DNA of 64,000 nt, taken from the NCBI GenBank assembly GCA_946965045.2, contig OX337231.1, positions 2,108,001-2,172,000 on the forward strand, given 5' to 3'. The translations under genes and the position numbers were made by a program. Source of the stretch: Epithemia pelagica (Eukaryota; Protista; Bacillariophyta). Below, in pieces: positions 61,507 to 64,000 of this stretch (positions are counted from its first letter, which is position 1; every line of letters starts with the position of its first letter). The notes under the pieces were generated by a model. That model did no database searches. It worked only from the letters and a program-made list of their open reading frames with translations, and had not been told where the DNA came from.

Positions 61507-62568
61507 ATGGCCCCTGGATTGATTACCTCCTTTTTCAAGACCAAAAAGAAGCGTTCGCAAACCGCAGAGAACGGACCAGGCGAAGAAGAACCAGCCTCTG
61601 CAGAGCAAACATCCAGTACCATGCCGGAGCAACCAACAGGCAGTACAGACCGCGTGAAACGTAGGAGAACCATGGAACCAGAAGATCCAAACGAAGAAGA
61701 AGAAGAAGAAGAATCCACGGAGGTTGTGATTGACAATCCGTACGCTCCCGAAGCTGTCCAAGAATTGTTGTCCTCCTTGAACGATACCGGTGGATGGAAG
61801 TCGGCCTTGCGTTCCACTTGGGAATCGCGAGACTTTGCCAAGTTGGCCGAATTTGTCGCTCGCGAACGAGCCTCGCAAACCATTTACCCACCCGCGGCCG
61901 ACTTGTGGACCTCCTTGAATTCCTGTCCCCTGGATCAAGTCAAGGTCGTCATTGTGGGTCAAGATCCCTATCATGGTCCCGGTCAAGCGCATGGATTGTG
62001 CTTTTCCGTCCGTCCTCAGGTCCGACCCCTTCCACCCTCTCTCAAGAATATTTATTTGGAATTGGCCACGGACCCCAATGTTCACTTTGATCCGGCCAAG
62101 GGCGAAACGCCTCCCCAAACCTATTCCAATAATGCCATTCCGCCTCATGGCCATTTGATTCGTTGGGCACAACAAGGAGTCTTGCTGATCAATACTGTCT
62201 GGTCGGTTCGACGAGGAAAGCCTCAGTCTCACCAAAAGCAGGGATGGGAACAAGTGACTTCGGCTATTTTACGAACCGTCTTGGCCTCCCGTCGCAAGGG
62301 CAAGAAGGACGACAAGGTGGTCTTTTTGTTGTGGGGCAAACCGGCGTTGGAACGTGTGCAAAAGTTACAGGCCGATCTTTCCCGTGCCGTCATTTTGTCC
62401 AGTTCGCATCCCAGTCCTCTGGGAGCGCGCAAAACCTCTACGCCCTTTATTGGCAGCCAATGTTTTGGCATGTGCAATTTCGCCCTGCAACGCATGTGCC
62501 AGACGCCCATTGATTGGAATGTCGATGGACCTCTCCCTACAAACGACGGGACATTGGCCAGGGATTGA
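61507..62568 (+). CDS. UNG: Uracil-DNA glycosylase, family 1
   Basis: VVIVGQDPYHGPGQAHGLCFSV, WAQQGVLLIN, VFLLWG, SHPSPL; likely start MAPGLITSFF (PIP-box-like). Confidence 0.95.
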   Translation: MAPGLITSFFKTKKKRSQTAENGPGEEEPASAEQTSSTMPEQPTGSTDRVKRRRTMEPEDPNEEEEEEESTEVVIDNPYAPEAVQELLSSLNDTGGWKSALRSTWESRDFAKLAEFVARERASQTIYPPAADLWTSLNSCPLDQVKVVIVGQDPYHGPGQAHGLCFSVRPQVRPLPPSLKNIYLELATDPNVHFDPAKGETPPQTYSNNAIPPHGHLIRWAQQGVLLINTVWSVRRGKPQSHQKQGWEQVTSAILRTVLASRRKGKKDDKVVFLLWGKPALERVQKLQADLSRAVILSSSHPSPLGARKTSTPFIGSQCFGMCNFALQRMCQTPIDWNVDGPLPTNDGTLARD

Positions 62569-62729
62569 CGAGTCTATCTCATCCAAATACATCTTTTCGT
62601 TGGAGTCTTCAATTGCAGTTTGTCTAGGAAAATTATCTACAGAGTTACTTATAACCAGTTCGAGAGAATGTCCGAATTGTGTGTCTCCTCTACTAGCCGC
62701 TCACCGTCGTTTCCTTGCCTCATTTTCGT

Positions 62730-63531
62730 TTAGAAGAGGGGCTTGAAAAAGTAGGGAGTTTCGGCCACGACGGGAGATCGGTAGAGGGCTTCTTGGACGA
62801 CAAAGCCCAAAATGGCCATCATGGCCAAACGACCATGTTTGATTTCCTTGGTCCTCATGGCCATTTGACCAGCCGAATCTCGAGGGAAAAAGCCAAGGGG
62901 ATCAAAGCCACAATCACCGGCCGTGTAATCCTTACCCTTGCTTTCTCGGACCTTGTCATTTTCAATTTCGACAATGCCAGCCAAGAGAATGACCAAGACC
63001 CAGTACAAGGTGTCAACCTTGCCCAATCCACCATTCAACAAGGAAGGACTGGCACCGGTCTTGGTCAACAAGGTGGACATGCCCATGGCATCGGCCAAGG
63101 GCTTGTCAAACAATTCGGCCAAGGGCCAGCCCACAACAGCCAACATGGCCAAACGAGAATGTTTCAATTCCGCCTCGCGCATGTACATGAGACTGGCCTT
63201 GTCGGCACCCGCAAAGTTAAAGGGACTTTGGTGATGAAACAAGAAACAATGCCTCGCATTAGAAGGGAGACAACACAACAGAAATGTCGGTATGTGCGAT
63301 CCAGACAACTTACTCAAAGCCAACATCTCCGGCCATGGTACCATCCAACAACTTTGGTCTGGGCAAAAAGGGAAGGGAGGGAGACATGGATTTTTGCGAG
63401 GACGAGCCTTGTTCGTCTTCGTCAAAGAGAGCATAGCGTTGGACCGCGCTCGATGTAGAAGTCGATCGGCTGGAAGGGACAAAGGCTGTCACAGAGACCG
63501 TCGAGAGGAGAAGCAAAAAGGCCTTGAACAT
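62730..63531 (-). CDS. LHC: Light-harvesting fucoxanthin-chlorophyll protein (intron 63226..63313)
   Basis: Signal peptide + AFVP cleavage motif; splice restores GDVGFDP; REAELKHSRLAMLA and KEIKHGRLAMMA helices. Confidence 0.97.
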
Positions 63532-64000
63532 GATGATGGTGATGATGATATTAAGGATGGTTGTGTATGATAAAGATTTATGGCAACAGAGCGGGGGTTA
63601 GACGTTTGACAACAACTTTCACACCGCCAGCGCAGGAAAAGCGTGAGAGGAATGGAAATACAAGTATCTTGTGTGATGGCTGTTGGACCTTGCACACGAG
63701 CACGAGACACGTCGATAGCTCAGTCAGTCGTTGGTTGACTTCTGGGTTGACGGCGGCGTCGATCAAGAGAGATCGAGAAAGCGACTGCACATCAACACCG
63801 AGATACCAATCGTCGAACTTTTCTGATCTCATTGTTGTGTTGGAATGATGCGCTGTATGCGACTGACTCATCTTGCGACTGACTCACGCGCGCGCAAGCA
63901 CAGGCGGTCAGAGGGGCAACGGACAGACGCGTCGTGACGTATTAGACCCGAAGAACGATCCATCGGGTTTGCCACTCTGTTGTCATCGCATATCGCATAT

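Noticed and set aside
17278-62568. LIG4, UNG and nuclease genes as a functional DNA-repair cluster
   Set aside because: They are tens of kb apart among unrelated genes; no evidence of co-regulation.
61267-63458. Long ORFs 61267-62253(-) and 62715-63458(+)
   Set aside because: Antisense shadows of UNG and LHC.

Overview
Eukaryotic genomic DNA, most likely from a diatom (inferred from short GT-AG introns, a fucoxanthin-chlorophyll LHC with a bipartite presequence, and DUF6824 and HA-domain families). About 1-33 kb is mostly core genes: a secreted beta-propeller/Pro-Ser protein missed by the ORF track, a multipass membrane protein, an RBR ligase, a DUF6824 protein, BMS1, LIG4, a formin, an LRR protein and a SelU-like selenoprotein with an in-frame UGA and a candidate SECIS. 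Two Crinkler-like nuclease genes sit among them; one lies between the two copies of a ~0.9-kb direct duplication. About 34-61 kb is an accessory region: a four-member tandem array of an unrecognised HA + CCCH + 'WWY-domain' gene (one intact, three disrupted, one of those chimeric). Inserted in this array is an 11.6-kb Helitron2-type element whose two termini and empty-site homologue can be read from the sequence. Its cargo includes fragments matching two host genes in this same window (the RBR gene and the LHC promoter). UNG and LHC close the window. All domain calls come from motif recognition by eye; no searches were run.
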